Shown one piece after another: positions 11,896 to 25,085 of a stretch of DNA of 64,000 nt; the first letter of the stretch is position 1; each line of letters starts with the position of its first letter. Below the pieces are notes generated by a model, which did not search any database, was not told the DNA's origin, and saw only the letters and a list, made by a program, of their open reading frames with translations. This DNA is from Eledone cirrhosa (taxonomy: Eukaryota), in contig OZ024752.1 in assembly GCA_964016885.1 (NCBI GenBank), positions 5,394,001 through 5,458,000 on the forward strand, in the 5' to 3' direction. Made by a program: the position numbers and the translations under genes.

Positions 11896-14800
11896 ATCAT
11901 CATCATCATCGTTTAACGTCCATATTCCATGCTTGCATGGATTTGGACGGGAGTTTTCCCACTTGAGGCAAGAGTGGTTGTCTTGCTCGCATAGGACTGT
12001 CTGGCGGGTTTTCTACGGCTGGATGCCCTTCCTAACACCAACCACATTTACAGTGTGGAACTGGGAGGTTTTTACCGTGTTACCTACACGGCCACATTAC
12101 AGCGTGGACTGTGTGTTTTTTTGTCGTGACACCTACACGACCTCATTTGTTTCGGGCTGGATGTTGTGGTACCAACATAACTTTACATTGAAAGGGGTGG
12201 GGGTAGTGTGATGGGGGTGTATTTTGTTAGAGGTGCTTTGTATTTAGGTAAGGCGGGTCTTCTCTATTACTGTGTAGCGCCAAAGATCTTGGTCCAGTGA
12301 CATTGTCTTTGAGAGGTGTAAGTGTGTGAGGTTGGAATTTATCAAGTCGTCCCAGGTTTTTCTGGGTCTGCCTACTCCGTGGCTACCGTCTATTTTTATT
12401 GCCCTGCACTTTTTTATACAGCTGTCGTCTTTCATGCGCATCACGTGACCATACCAACGTAGCCTTCTCTCGGGTAAACAACATCTGATCCCTCTTATTT
12501 CTAATTTTTCCCTTAGTTCGTTTATGCTTTGCCGTTCATGTATATTACTATTACACATCCAGCGGAGCATGCAAGCTTCATTCCTCTCTAGTCTGCGTAT
12601 ATCCTCTGCACACAGCCTGGGAATCGAACTCACGATCTCATGATTGTGAATCCAACTCCCTAGACACTAAGCCACAAGAATTGTGTGAAGACTTGTGCAG
12701 CTTTTGAGTTGAAATATGTAATATTTGGATCAAACTTTGATGTAGCATTACGATGTGTCAGTGGGCAAATGCCTGCTATACATGTCATAGTTTATCCACC
12801 TGTGATTATGTGTTCCTTGTTTGAAACTCTTTTTGAGAAATTAGAAATGAGATTTTTAAGTTTATGGTCTAGGGCCTGGCTGGAAGGAACGATTGGCACC
12901 TGCTTGGGAAAATCATAGCTTTGTACAGGGCAGGTTATGACTGAGAATGGTGGTGGTAGTAGTGACGATTGTGGTGGTGGTAGTGGTGATGATTGTTGTG
13001 GTGGTAGTGGTGATGATGATGACAGCAAAAATGGCATTAATAAGTTCTTCTCATTTGATGAGATGTTTCTACTTTATCCTATGTAGAGTTACAACTTGTA
13101 GCTTCTAGCCAATATATTAAAGTTTCAAACCTGATACTCTAGCACTAAGCAGACTGGGGCATGTAACCACTTATCTCAATTTGTCAAACATGAGCTTGTT
13201 GAAATGTATGTGTGTGCCTATATATAATTTTACATCTGCTTCCCATGATGGGGGAGGGTTAGACAGGTTGTCATGATATGAGATGAGACTGGTTGGGGAA
13301 TCATATGTTGCTCATAGGTTCTATATTTTGGCATGGTTTCTCTGGTTGAGTGCCCTTTCTAATGCCAACTACTTTAAAGGGAGTATTGAGTGCTTTTATC
13401 ATCACATCAGCATTTTCACTTTACAAGGTTCAATGGGTGCACTTCATCATGACACCCACAATACCACTGGGTAACGGAAGCTGTCCACTATTTCTATAGA
13501 ACCATCTGTGCAATTGAAAGAGCTAGTATTCTGTGGGCACTTGCTGCTACTTATTGCACAAGAGCACCAGCCACATATAAATCTATGTTCTTAGTTAGCT
13601 TACCTGTGATCCCACTACATCTTTTATGCACCCATACTTTGCATTTGGGACATAAAATAGAGTTTCTACCTACTCCTTTCCTACACACTGAGCATGGCCA
13701 TTTCCCGGATGGGACCGGTGCCCTATTTTTCTTCCTACAAACTAGAACTTTAGTCTTAGACAGGTGAATTTTAAGGCCTTTTGATTCTAGGCCGTGCTTC
13801 CATGTTTGGAATTTCTTCTCTCGTTCGGCCATTGATTCAGCTCTGAGTGTTAGATCATCTGCATATAAGAGTTCCCATGGGCAGCCGATCTTGAACACCA
13901 CTGTTATAGCCTGAAGGGCAATAATAAATAGTAGGGGGCTAAGAACGGACCCCTGATGAACACCAACTTTTACGCTAAACTCTTCACTATATTCGTTGTT
14001 AATTCTAACCTTGCTGACTGTTTCTTTATACATGGCTTGTATAGCTCTCACAAGCCATTCATCAACACCTAGTTTTCTAAGAGCCCACCAGATAATGGAA
14101 TGGGGGACTCTGTCGAAGGCTTTCTCCAAGTCGACAAAAGCTAAGTATAGGGGTTTACTTTTAGCTAGGTACTTCTCCTGTAGTTGTCGTACAATGAAAA
14201 GAGCGTCTGTGGTACTTTTGCCTGAGAACTGATCTAGATGAAAAGCACAAACTGCATTCCATCTAGATCAATTCTCTCTCTGATTAGTTGCGCTATTACT
14301 TTTTCTGTGACCTTCATGACCTGGTCAATTAATTTAATGCCTCTATAGTTACTCCTATCTAGGGCATCTCCTTTACCCTTGTAGCAGTTAATGATGATGC
14401 TGCTACGCCAGTCCTTCGGAACAACCCCATTCTGTATGACTTGGTTTACTATCCCGGTGACCATGGTGTGTCCCACCGTTCCAGAATCTTTCAGCATTTC
14501 AGCAACTATTTCCGAAGGCCCAGCCGCCTTACCCGTCTTCATATCTTTGATTGCCTTACTTATTATACTACCTTCGACTAACACTGCTGGTCCCTTTATT
14601 GGGTCAATGTGGGGGAGACTGTCTTTCTCCCATTTATTCTCCTCATTTAGTAGCCTTTCGTAGTGACACTTCCAAGCTACCTTCTTATCAGCGTCAGTGA
14701 TGGCAAGTACACCATCATCATTAAGTACACACTTCTCCCCGACAATATCATGGTTTTCCTTGACACATTGCCTAGCAATCCTGAACACCTCACGTTTTTG

Positions 14801-16413
14801 GTCCTCGCGTTGTAGAACATGCTTGAACTTTCTTTCCTCTGCTTCCCTTCTTGCAAAGTACACTTGTCTCCTAGCTTCCCTCCTGGCCACTTGATAGTCT
14901 TCTCTACTTCCCCCATCCCGCCATACTTTCCAAGCCTGCTTCTTGGCCTTAATTGACTCCTCCACCACCATGTTACTCTTCTCCTGCCTATAGGCCTGCT
15001 CCAGCCACAGACTTCGTCTTCCGCCATCAGCAGGTTTGCTTTCAGGAATTCCCACTGTTCCTCTATATTGTACGACTCTAAATGCTCTTCCTTACTCTCG
15101 AAAGCATCAAGTAATATGCTTTTAAATTTATTTCTGGCTGTGGGGTCCTTTAGCTTCCATATTTTTCTCCTGAGGATAGTCCTCTTCTGCTGTCGAGTAC
15201 GTCTCGTCCTGACTATAAGGTCGCTAATTATCAGTCTATGTTGGGAAGTGCATTCTTCATGGGGGAGGGATTTAGTGTTTACAACAGACACTCTGTCACG
15301 TCTTCTGGTAAGGATATAATCTACCTGGCTGGTATGTTCCCCTGATCTGTAGGTGATCAAGTGATTGTCTCGTTTTTTGAAGTTAGTGTTACAGATAGTT
15401 AGGTTATTTGCATCACAGAATTCCAGGATACTGGAGCCTTCCCCATTTCTAGTACCAAACCCATAGCCTCCGTGGATTCCATCATAGCCGTCACAATGTT
15501 GTCCAACGTGACCATTTAGGTCGCCAGCAATAATTATATAGTCACTGTCGGTTATTTGGGAGGTAGTGAGCATCAGTGTCTCATAGAAACTGTCTTTTAT
15601 AGCGCCAGGCAGTCCGGATTGGGGCGCGTACGCAGATATTACCATCACAGTAGTTCTATTTAGAACAAGTCTTATTTTAATTATTCTGTCATTCACTCTA
15701 TTTACGTCTATTATCTTATCCACCCATTTTTCTGCTAACATGAATCCTACCTCCACCCAGCCCATTGTCATTTCCCACCCAGAAAAGCTTATAGCATCGT
15801 TTTTTACCCACAATGAATCTAGTATCTCTTGGATACAGCAAACATCAACCTCCTTACGTTCAAGCATTTCTACAACCTCGTTAGAGCGGCCTTTTAAGGT
15901 GCCTACATTCATGGTACCAACCCTGAAGTTTTGGATTGTTGGTGAGTGGGGCGCAGGGAGGGGTGAGGGGGATGGAGTTGGGGTTATGTTGGCCATCTGC
16001 GGCCGCAACAAAGAGGAGAGGGCCTTGCCCTTTCATCCGGCAGCATGAGGTGAATTTGTCGTTATCTTTGGCATTATCTTCGAGTGTCCAGATTCTTCAC
16101 TCTCCAGAAATTCCTTAGTCCATCCATCATATCGAAAAGCAACCAGAAGTGATAGCATAGGCCGTTGACTTGTGATTGGTCCAACTAATAAAGGTGGAGA
16201 GTGGGGGCGGGGGAGTATAAGGTAGTTAGCGAGGGGCAGGCTTATTTATATTTGGTGCGAGTAGGGAGTGAGAGAGAGATTGAGAGAGCTACGTATATGA
16301 TAGAGAGAGTGGGGGTGATAGCGATTTTAGAGGACCGGGAGAGAGAGAAGCCATTTTTATGAATCCTGGAAAAGTTTTCGGCCAAAATGGTAGCGAGAAG
16401 ATTATTTAGAACT
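11896..16413 (-). mobile_element. Near full-length RTE LINE (APE endonuclease + RT), frameshifted and interrupted at about 12616-13469
   Basis: GTMNVGTL, CCIQE, SAYAPQ, GDLNGHVG, VDYIL, SQHRL, RGIKL, EKAFDRV, YADD; tail (CAT)n on + at about 11897; highly similar to the 59446-62846 copy. Confidence 0.92.
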
Positions 16414-16611
16414 TATATATATATATATATATATATATAATAATAGTAATAATTACAATTATATATAGAATTATAAATAAGATAAGGGTAATATTGTATA
16501 TTACCTGATTACCAGTAAGATAATTAGCTCAATATAAATACTCAATATAATTAGCTCAATATAAAAACTCTAGATGCAGCTTGCCTCAGTTGAAGCACAG
16601 CCTTTCTTTAA

Positions 16612-16877
16612 CCCTTTAGCATTTACATTACTTTATATATACTATTGTATTTTCATGGTAAAGGCTTTATCTCACATAACATTTACATTACTTTGTATTT
16701 ACTATTGTATTTTCATGGTAAAGGCTTTATTTCACATAATATAGACTATGGGATTTTGATATTATTTATTTTGAGAACAATACCTTAAAGTCTGTATAAG
16801 GGGATAGTTACGGCTGGTTTGAACAGAAAGAGGTGAGGGAATTCTGGCTGGATATAGCCAGTTTAAATGCTAAAGGG
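16612..16877. mobile_element. piggyBac-type MITE
   Basis: TIR CCCTTTAGCATTTA...TAAATGCTAAAGGG flanked by TTAA at 16608-16611 and 16878-16881; internal ~60-bp duplication. Confidence 0.88.
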
Positions 16878-17014
16878 TTAAAGTGCAAAAGTGTTAGCAA
16901 GCAAATCACTAATTAAACATACTGAATTACATAAGATAAAGTTAATCTCTTAAAGTTAACCTCATATGTTAAACTCTATTTTTCAAGTCAATAGCAAATA
17001 AATATTTCATATAT

Positions 17015-17034
17015 TTACATATCTTTTTTGATAG
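17015..17034 (-). CDS. Terminal coding exon (AIKKDM*)
   Basis: Strong pyrimidine tract ttttattttatttttttcag; phase 1 matches the TM exon; TAA at 17017-17015. Confidence 0.6.
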
Positions 17035-18153
17035 CTGAAAAAAATAAAATAAAATATGGAAGATATCTTTCAATATAAACAGTTATAACAGGAATAATAC
17101 TTTCTATTATTGCCGAAGCGCTGAAAAGTTCCAGAATCTGAGATGGGGAATATGTTGAATAAAATTTATAATTAACTGATCCTCCTGTATTTTCTTTTAA
17201 CTGATCTTCTTGCATTTTCTTTTGCCCAAAGCCAGAAACTGTTCTGCACCCTGGTATAAGGGTTTCTGATTAAGGCACAGACCAACAATTTTCAGGGACG
17301 GGAAAGTCGATTAAATCCATCTCAACATGTTACTGGTACTTTATTTTACTGAGCTCATAAGTATGAAAGGCAAAGCTAACCATGGCAGGATTTGAACTTA
17401 GAATGTGAAGGGCCATAACTATATGCCACAAAGCATTTTGTCTGATGTTCTACTGATTCTGCCAATCCTTTTCTATTATTATAATAGGAATAATACTTTT
17501 CTCCACACATGTAAATATCATTTTTCACAATATAAATAAAGTACTTATATACATCTGTTGTGATCATCATTATGCAACAATATATAATATAGAGCAGACA
17601 TGAGAAACATGCAGCCCGTGGGCCACATGCAGCCTGCACAAAGGTTTTTACAGTGCGAGCGTAATATAAAATAAAAAAATATTAGTTGTCATGTGTGCAA
17701 TTAGTTGTCATGTGTGGCCCTCAGACAACACATATGGGACCCATGTGACCCTCGGGAGACCCTCAGTTTGACATGTCTGATATAGAGGGGTCACTTTAGA
17801 CCTGACAGACAATATAGAGGGGTCACTTTAGACTTGACAGACAATATAGAGGGGTCACTTTAGACCTGACAGACAATATAGAAGGGTCACTTTAGACTTG
17901 ACAGACAATATAGAGGGGTCACTTTAGACCTGACAGACAATATAGAAGGGTCACTTTAGACTTGACAGACAATATAGAGGGGTCACTTTAGACTTGACAG
18001 ACAATATAGAGGGGTCACTTTAAACTTGACAGACAATATAGAGGGGGTCACTTTAGACTTGACAGGCAATCCCTCTAGTGCTTAGAGTATGATAAAATGT
18101 ATACAATCCATGCTGGTGATAGAAAACTCATGCTAAAACTATGAACAGTACAT

Positions 18154-18185
<32 letters not shown>

Positions 18186-21100
18186 TTTACGTCCGCTTTT
18201 TCCTGCTTGGAAGGGTGGGATGGGTCCTCTTCAGCCCAGCATCTCTCCATATGTCACGGTCCTTCGTCATCTCCTTTGTGAGCATCAACGATCTGAGGTC
18301 AGCTCTCACCACCTCCGCCCATGTTTCCCAGGTCTTCCCCTAGTGCATCTTCCTTCCACTGGGATCACCTGGCACTGCCACTTCTTCACCCAGTGGTCAT
18401 CCCTCATGCGCATCAAATGGCTATACCAACAGTCTTCTCTCCTACACACTACAGTTTATTTCTTTTATACACAGTTTCTGTCTCACTTTATTCATGCTTG
18501 GTCTTTCATGCACATTGTTACATATATAGTAACAATTCCTAGCTGTGTATACAGAGCTAACAAAATCAATGTTTGTCCTGTACATGGTAGTGGGATGGTT
18601 AAGTTGAAATATCTAGCCATATATGAAAATCCCTTAGCCATTATCAAATCATTAAAAACTTCTTTCTATGTACAGAAATCAGGTCAAAAGATGATTCAAT
18701 GATGTGCAAAAATGAGATGGAGGAGAGCTTCAACCAGATTCCCTCATAAGCAAAGAGATAAGTGGGAGAGCACACTATTAACAGAAATAGAGAGGTAGTG
18801 TATTTAAAATAGATATCTTTCTTTATTTGCCACAGGGGTGTACAAAAATGGGACATTACAAGACGTGACGGTGGGGGTTTTACATAAAATCTTTAACAAT
18901 GTTCAATAACAAACTATATAAAAATAAAACAATTGAAATCCCCTTTAGGGTGGGGTAGGGGGGCGGGCGACGCTACTGCGGGGTTGTTTTACACCTCGTG
19001 GATAGAACAACCCTCAACACCAGGAACACGTTTTGTAGGTGTTCCCGTCTTCCCTCTGTTTAATGTATTTAAGTTAGATAGTGGTTGCAACAGAATTATT
19101 AGGCCTAGACTAGTCATTGGCATTATAACAACTATTGCTATTTCAATCTACTATATCATAATCAGGACTGATTAATGAATAAAAGAATCTTTTCTATGAG
19201 AACCTCCCTTGAAGACTATCTCCATAACAAGTGACTGCGGCTACATTATTATGGCTGGTGACTTTAAGGGACATGTTAGGAAGTACCAGGATGGCTATTC
19301 TGGAGTAATTGGTGATGAATATGGCTCAAGATGGACTGGGCACTTTTTGTTGTGTCGCCATCATGACCACTTTACAGCGTGGGCTGGGCACTTTTTGTTG
19401 TGTTGCCATCACGACCACTTTACAGTGTGGGCTGGGCACTTTGTGTCAACAACAACACCACCACCACCACCACCACCACCATCACCACTGTATTACAAAG
19501 GTATTTATGTCACGGTAATTGATAAAGCTTTAAAATATGTAAAAATATACCAACCTCTTATCCGGTGGCATCTATAAATAAGAATTCCCAAAATTATTAA
19601 CAATATTACCATTGCTACAGTACAACCAATAATTAGTGTCAAATGATTTTCTGTTTTTACTGAAAATATATATAAAATAAACCAAACATCATCAAACAAG
19701 AAAAATAATTAAAGTAAGGATTATGATGAATCATTCACTAGTCATAATTTGTCTAATATTTTGCAAAGTTCAGTGGTGTATTGGTAGAGGTGCATGGTAG
19801 TGCAGCTGCACACTCCCAAAAATTGTTGTCTGAAAATTATGAATGTCTGTTAGGAGAATACACTTATGGCAAGGTTAGTATATGCATTGGTATGAGTTGG
19901 ACAATCTTTTATATGTCTCAAACCTGTATCATCTTTTCTTTAAGTCACAATCTTTTAAAATCATGTTTGAATATTTCTTTTTCTTTAACCAGTCTAGTGT
20001 CAGACTCGTCAAATTCTTGCCAGCTTGGAAAGCAAATATATGATGGTGATGATGATGATTATCTTCATAACATTGTTTCATTTTGTTACAAATTAGTTAT
20101 CTTCAGGATGAAGTGGTTGGGAGGACTCTTAAGTCCCATCAGGGATATGATAATCTCTGAAGTGCTGCTACCATAATACACTACATAAAATGGTTGGTGT
20201 TGAGAAGGGCATCAGGTCATAGAAAACTTGCCAATTATCCTTATTATTGGAACTTTCCACTGTAAACTCATTATCACAATGTCATTTCTTTCTACTTATA
20301 TTCTTGATTACAATTAATGTATCAATATAAGAAATAACTTTTTATAAACTTTTATTGAATCTTACTGAATGAATATTGTTGAAGGTCTTAAAGTTTTTAT
20401 GGTCGAATCTGTCAAAAAATTATGACAAATGTTCTGGAGACTACATGATTAAAAGTCAACATGAAATTTGCAGTTTGTTCAAATCCAAAAATAACTGGAT
20501 CTTTTGACATTTTGCATAGTGATAAATTTCAGTTTATCAACCAGAATATATTTTAATAATTATGGTCTAGACCAAGAATGAAGAAACCTTCACATGTATT
20601 CAAATTTGTAACTGCCTAATGTCAAAGTCTCTTAAATCACATATGAACAAAATCAGTTTAATCCTTAAGACTAAAACATCATCATCTTCATCATTATCAT
20701 CATTTTATGTCTGTTGTATCAATATAATAATCTTTAAGAGCATAAATTTTTAACAAGAAGACACAGTCAACTCCTGTACTTGGTATTCTTTTATTTACTA
20801 TATAGGGGGACGGATTGTCAGGATCGGTAGGGCATCAGACAATTTGGGCAATCTACAGGTGCAATCTACAGATGCAAGCTCAGAGCAGGTCTTTTCACTC
20901 GGAGTATGTTCGCCACTCTCACCCCCACCTTTCAAAAAACTGGTTTAAAAGTCACTCTCCACCCTGATTTTCCTCATCAAGGGAAACCTGTAAAAGTTAA
21001 TCAGGACTTCACCAAAGAAGAAAGTGCTTGTCTTCAATCCTTTTAAATGTGTCCACCACATGACATCATATGTCATGGCCACCACACAGATAAAAACTGC

Positions 21101-22851
21101 CTGTCTTTCCTGGTTAAAGGAAGGCAGCAGGGTGATCTTGATGATGGACTCAGCTAATAACCGGATTCGTTCTACATGTAATAGAAGGTGTTTGGCATTA
21201 AGCAAGTAAGTTAATGGAGTTAAGTAAATGGAATTAAGCAAGTAAGTTAACATTGAATGAAAGAGGAGAGAAAGCAACAGATAAAGAAAGCAAAGAAAGT
21301 GAGTGACATGCATTTTGATTTATGGAAACACTACTCAAAATAGCATTTGTGAAACTTGTAATTTTTTTTTGCATATTCATTTCTGTTATTATTTTGTTGT
21401 TTCTGAAAGATAACTGAAAGTTAATCCAGTGAGTCCTCATTTAATGAAAAATTGACTCAAACCTTATCTTTTAGAAACAATAACCAATAACTAACTGAAA
21501 GTTAATGCAGTGTGTCCTCATTCAACGAAAATTTGTCTCAAACCTTAGCTTTTGGTCATTGTTTCTAAAAAAAAACTGAAATGTGATGCAGTAAGTCTTT
21601 ATTCAACAAAATTTGACTTGACTTACATCCAACATTAATACAATTTAAAAGAGTACAGATCCCAATTAGACTAAGTTTTGCAATGTTCATCAACAAATCT
21701 TAGAGACAGACATTATCAGTAACTGGTTTGCAATTAGAGGAGCTTTGCTTCTCTCATGAACAATTGTATGTTGGATGCTCATGTATTAGTAGTTCAAAAA
21801 ATCTTTTAATTTATACTCCATTGGGAAAAACTCAATGTATATAAAGAAATTTTGTCATAATTTTGTCATAATAGAGCGGTCACCTAGATGGAACCACCCG
21901 GCGGGCAGGCGCTGCAAAATAACACCCAGGAAACAATCCTTGCATACCAGACCCAGCCTCAGACAAACAGATGCGGCTAAAAAAAAAATAAATTTGCCCG
22001 GGAAAGACTGCCCTAACACTGGCCAGAGTTACCACCCTTGACCTGCTGCAAAATCAAAACAAGATATTTTTGCGAGCAATGAAACTTGTTGTGGATTTAA
22101 CCCCAAAAACTCTTTCCGAGCAATATAAGGAACACTTGTGATTATTTATACCCTTGAGAAGCCCAACTGGGTGAAACGTACGTAGGTGCTGTTTTAAATA
22201 AACATGTTTTAACGGTCTATTCTCCGATTTTTTACTTTCCCACGTGCATATACATACATACATATATATATATACATACATACACATACATACATATATA
22301 TATACATACATACACATACATACATATATATATACATACATACATATATATATATATGTACATACATATATATATATATATATGTACATATATATATATA
22401 TATACATATATATACATACATATATATATATATATACATACATACAAATACATACATATATATACATACATACATATACATACATACATATACACACAAA
22501 CGTACATATACACACAACCATATATACACACAAACATATATATACATATATATAAACATACATAATATATACATACATATATATACACATACATATATAT
22601 AAACATACATATATACACATACATATATATAAACATACATATATACACATACATATATATAAACATACATATATACAAAGATACATAATATATACATACA
22701 TATATATAAACATACATATATATATACACATACATATATATAAACATACATATATACACATACATATATATACACATACATATATATAAACATACATATA
22801 TACACATACATATATATAAACATACATATATACAAACATACATATATATAC

Positions 22852-22885
<34 letters not shown>

Positions 22886-25033
22886 ATACATAAACACACA
22901 CACACATATATACCCTCACACACAGATATTCATATACACCCACATATATATTTTTAAAATTAACTTACCATATACTGTGATGTGGTACATGCTACCATGT
23001 ACATTAGATATGCAAATAATACTCATGTTGTCTTCCTGTATAGTTATATTAATGATAGTCAATGTACAGATAGTATTTTGACAACTAGTTATTTGACGGT
23101 TGCCAAAATATTTATCAAAGCCTGGGTCATTCAATCCATAATATACAGCAATAAGTGATCCATCTCCAGTACGCCAATCTGTAATATCTCCCCTCTTTCT
23201 TACACATTTCAATGTGAAGTTTTTATCTTCTATAGCATTTGGTGTTTCAGAACTTGGGTAAAGATTCTTCCCAGTCTCATCTAAAAACACAAATTAAGAC
23301 GAGATAAAATAAGAATTAATCCAAAATTTAAGAGAAATTTTAACAATAAATTGAAACAAGCCTAATAGTTCATATTCCATTTGTGTGAAGACAGGCAGGG
23401 CTGTGCTGTTTAGCCCATGGAAGCAGGGAAAGCAGATGCAAAGTATGTTGATGATGATGATGATGATAGTGATGATGAGCATAGTATTAGGGGGAGTGGG
23501 GTGTTATATGGAATTGACTTAGATTTTTAGTTGTTTCTTATGTTACATCACCAGTAGCAGCAGCACCACGACCCCCCCAACATCATCATCACTACTACTA
23601 CCACCACCACCAGCACCATCCACCCCCACCACATTCATAGCCATCACTACCACCATCACAACCGCCGCCGCCGTCATCACCACCACCACCACCAACACCA
23701 TCATCAGCATCACCACCAACATCATCACCATCACCATCACCACCACCATCACTGCCAACACCATCATCACCACCACCACCACCACCACCACCACCATCAT
23801 CACCATCACCACCAACATCATCACCACCACCATCACCATCACCACCACCATCACTGCCAACACCATCATCACCATCACCACCACCACCACCATCACTGCC
23901 AACACCACCATCATCATAAATAATACATAAAATAAATTATATTCAGATATAAGATAAATCTAAATGTGCTAAACATGTCACAAAAGAGATTTTATGGAGG
24001 GAAGAGTAAATGGAATGATTCTGAGCAAGAATCATGAGATACAAAATTCAAGTTCAATTTATAATGTGTCACATTAATAGATTTAATAAATGATTTTAAT
24101 GACAATATATAGAGGGCTGATAACTTATTAATATAACTGTTTCTTGTAAAAATATGCTCTTACCAATATACAATAAAATTGTGGTATTAGATAATAATCA
24201 AACTGTAATATCCTGTATCTGTGTGTAGACATACAAAATATATTGTAATACTTTATAAGATCTACAAAATCATTGTTGCTTTATAAGAGAAAGGCAACTT
24301 TCTAACAATAGGAAGTTGAGGGAACAGTGTTAGTTTTTTCAACATTGTTGCTGATATTGTGAGAAATAGCAGCCAAATCTCACCTTACTGTTTTTCAGAT
24401 CATTGTTTAAATCTAGTGACATGAAAATAATATATTAGATAAGGGTCATCTTAACTAAACTGTAATCCTTATAGGTTTGCTTCATTAGGGATGACTTAGG
24501 AATACATAACAACAAATAGGGAGAGGGAAAACAGATTTTATCAAAGAACAAATGAATAATTGAGTAGTTTCTACTGTGTTTTCGGATGAACCAATTAACT
24601 TCAACTGTAAACATTATTTTTAGTTGTTTTACTTCTTTTACATCTAAAATTGAGTTTATGCATTGAATTCTTCAAATCCAGAATTATTCAGGAATAATGT
24701 ACCTGGTGACAATCAAAAGAAGCGAGGTAGGTGTAAAAGCCAAACTCACTATCTTCAATTTGGTATTCATGCCAACCCTTATCTATGGCCATAAATCTTG
24801 GGTAATGACCAAAATACAATCGCAAATACAAGTGGCCGAAATGGGGTTCCTCTGAAGGGTCTTTGGAGTAACGTTACTCGATAGAGTGTATAGCTCAGAG
24901 ATCAGAGAGTCACTCCAGGTAGAACTGCTACTTCTCCAGATTGAGAGATCACAGCTCTGATAATATGGGCATATGGTTAGAATGTCTCAGGGAAGAATTG
25001 GTGAGCAAGAAGAAGGAGGAGAAGAAGAAGGAG

Positions 25034-25085
<52 letters not shown>

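Noticed and set aside
17035-17215. [15 protein letters not shown]... as a Tyr-containing cytoplasmic exon
   Set aside because: No convincing acceptor at its start; the strong pyrimidine tract lies at 17035-17056, so only AIKKDM is supported
21405-21622. About 81-bp degenerate triple repeat and overlapping ORF as a stalk exon
   Set aside because: Phase-1 reading hits a stop and there is no good donor
22054-22943. Long Y/I/M/C/V-rich ORFs (also at 27.4, 28.2, 35.1, 35.9 and 63.5 kb)
   Set aside because: Translations of TA/TACA microsatellites
23543-23917. Poly-Val/Met ORFs (three copies) resembling TM proteins
   Set aside because: (CAC/CAT)n repeat with no splice-site support
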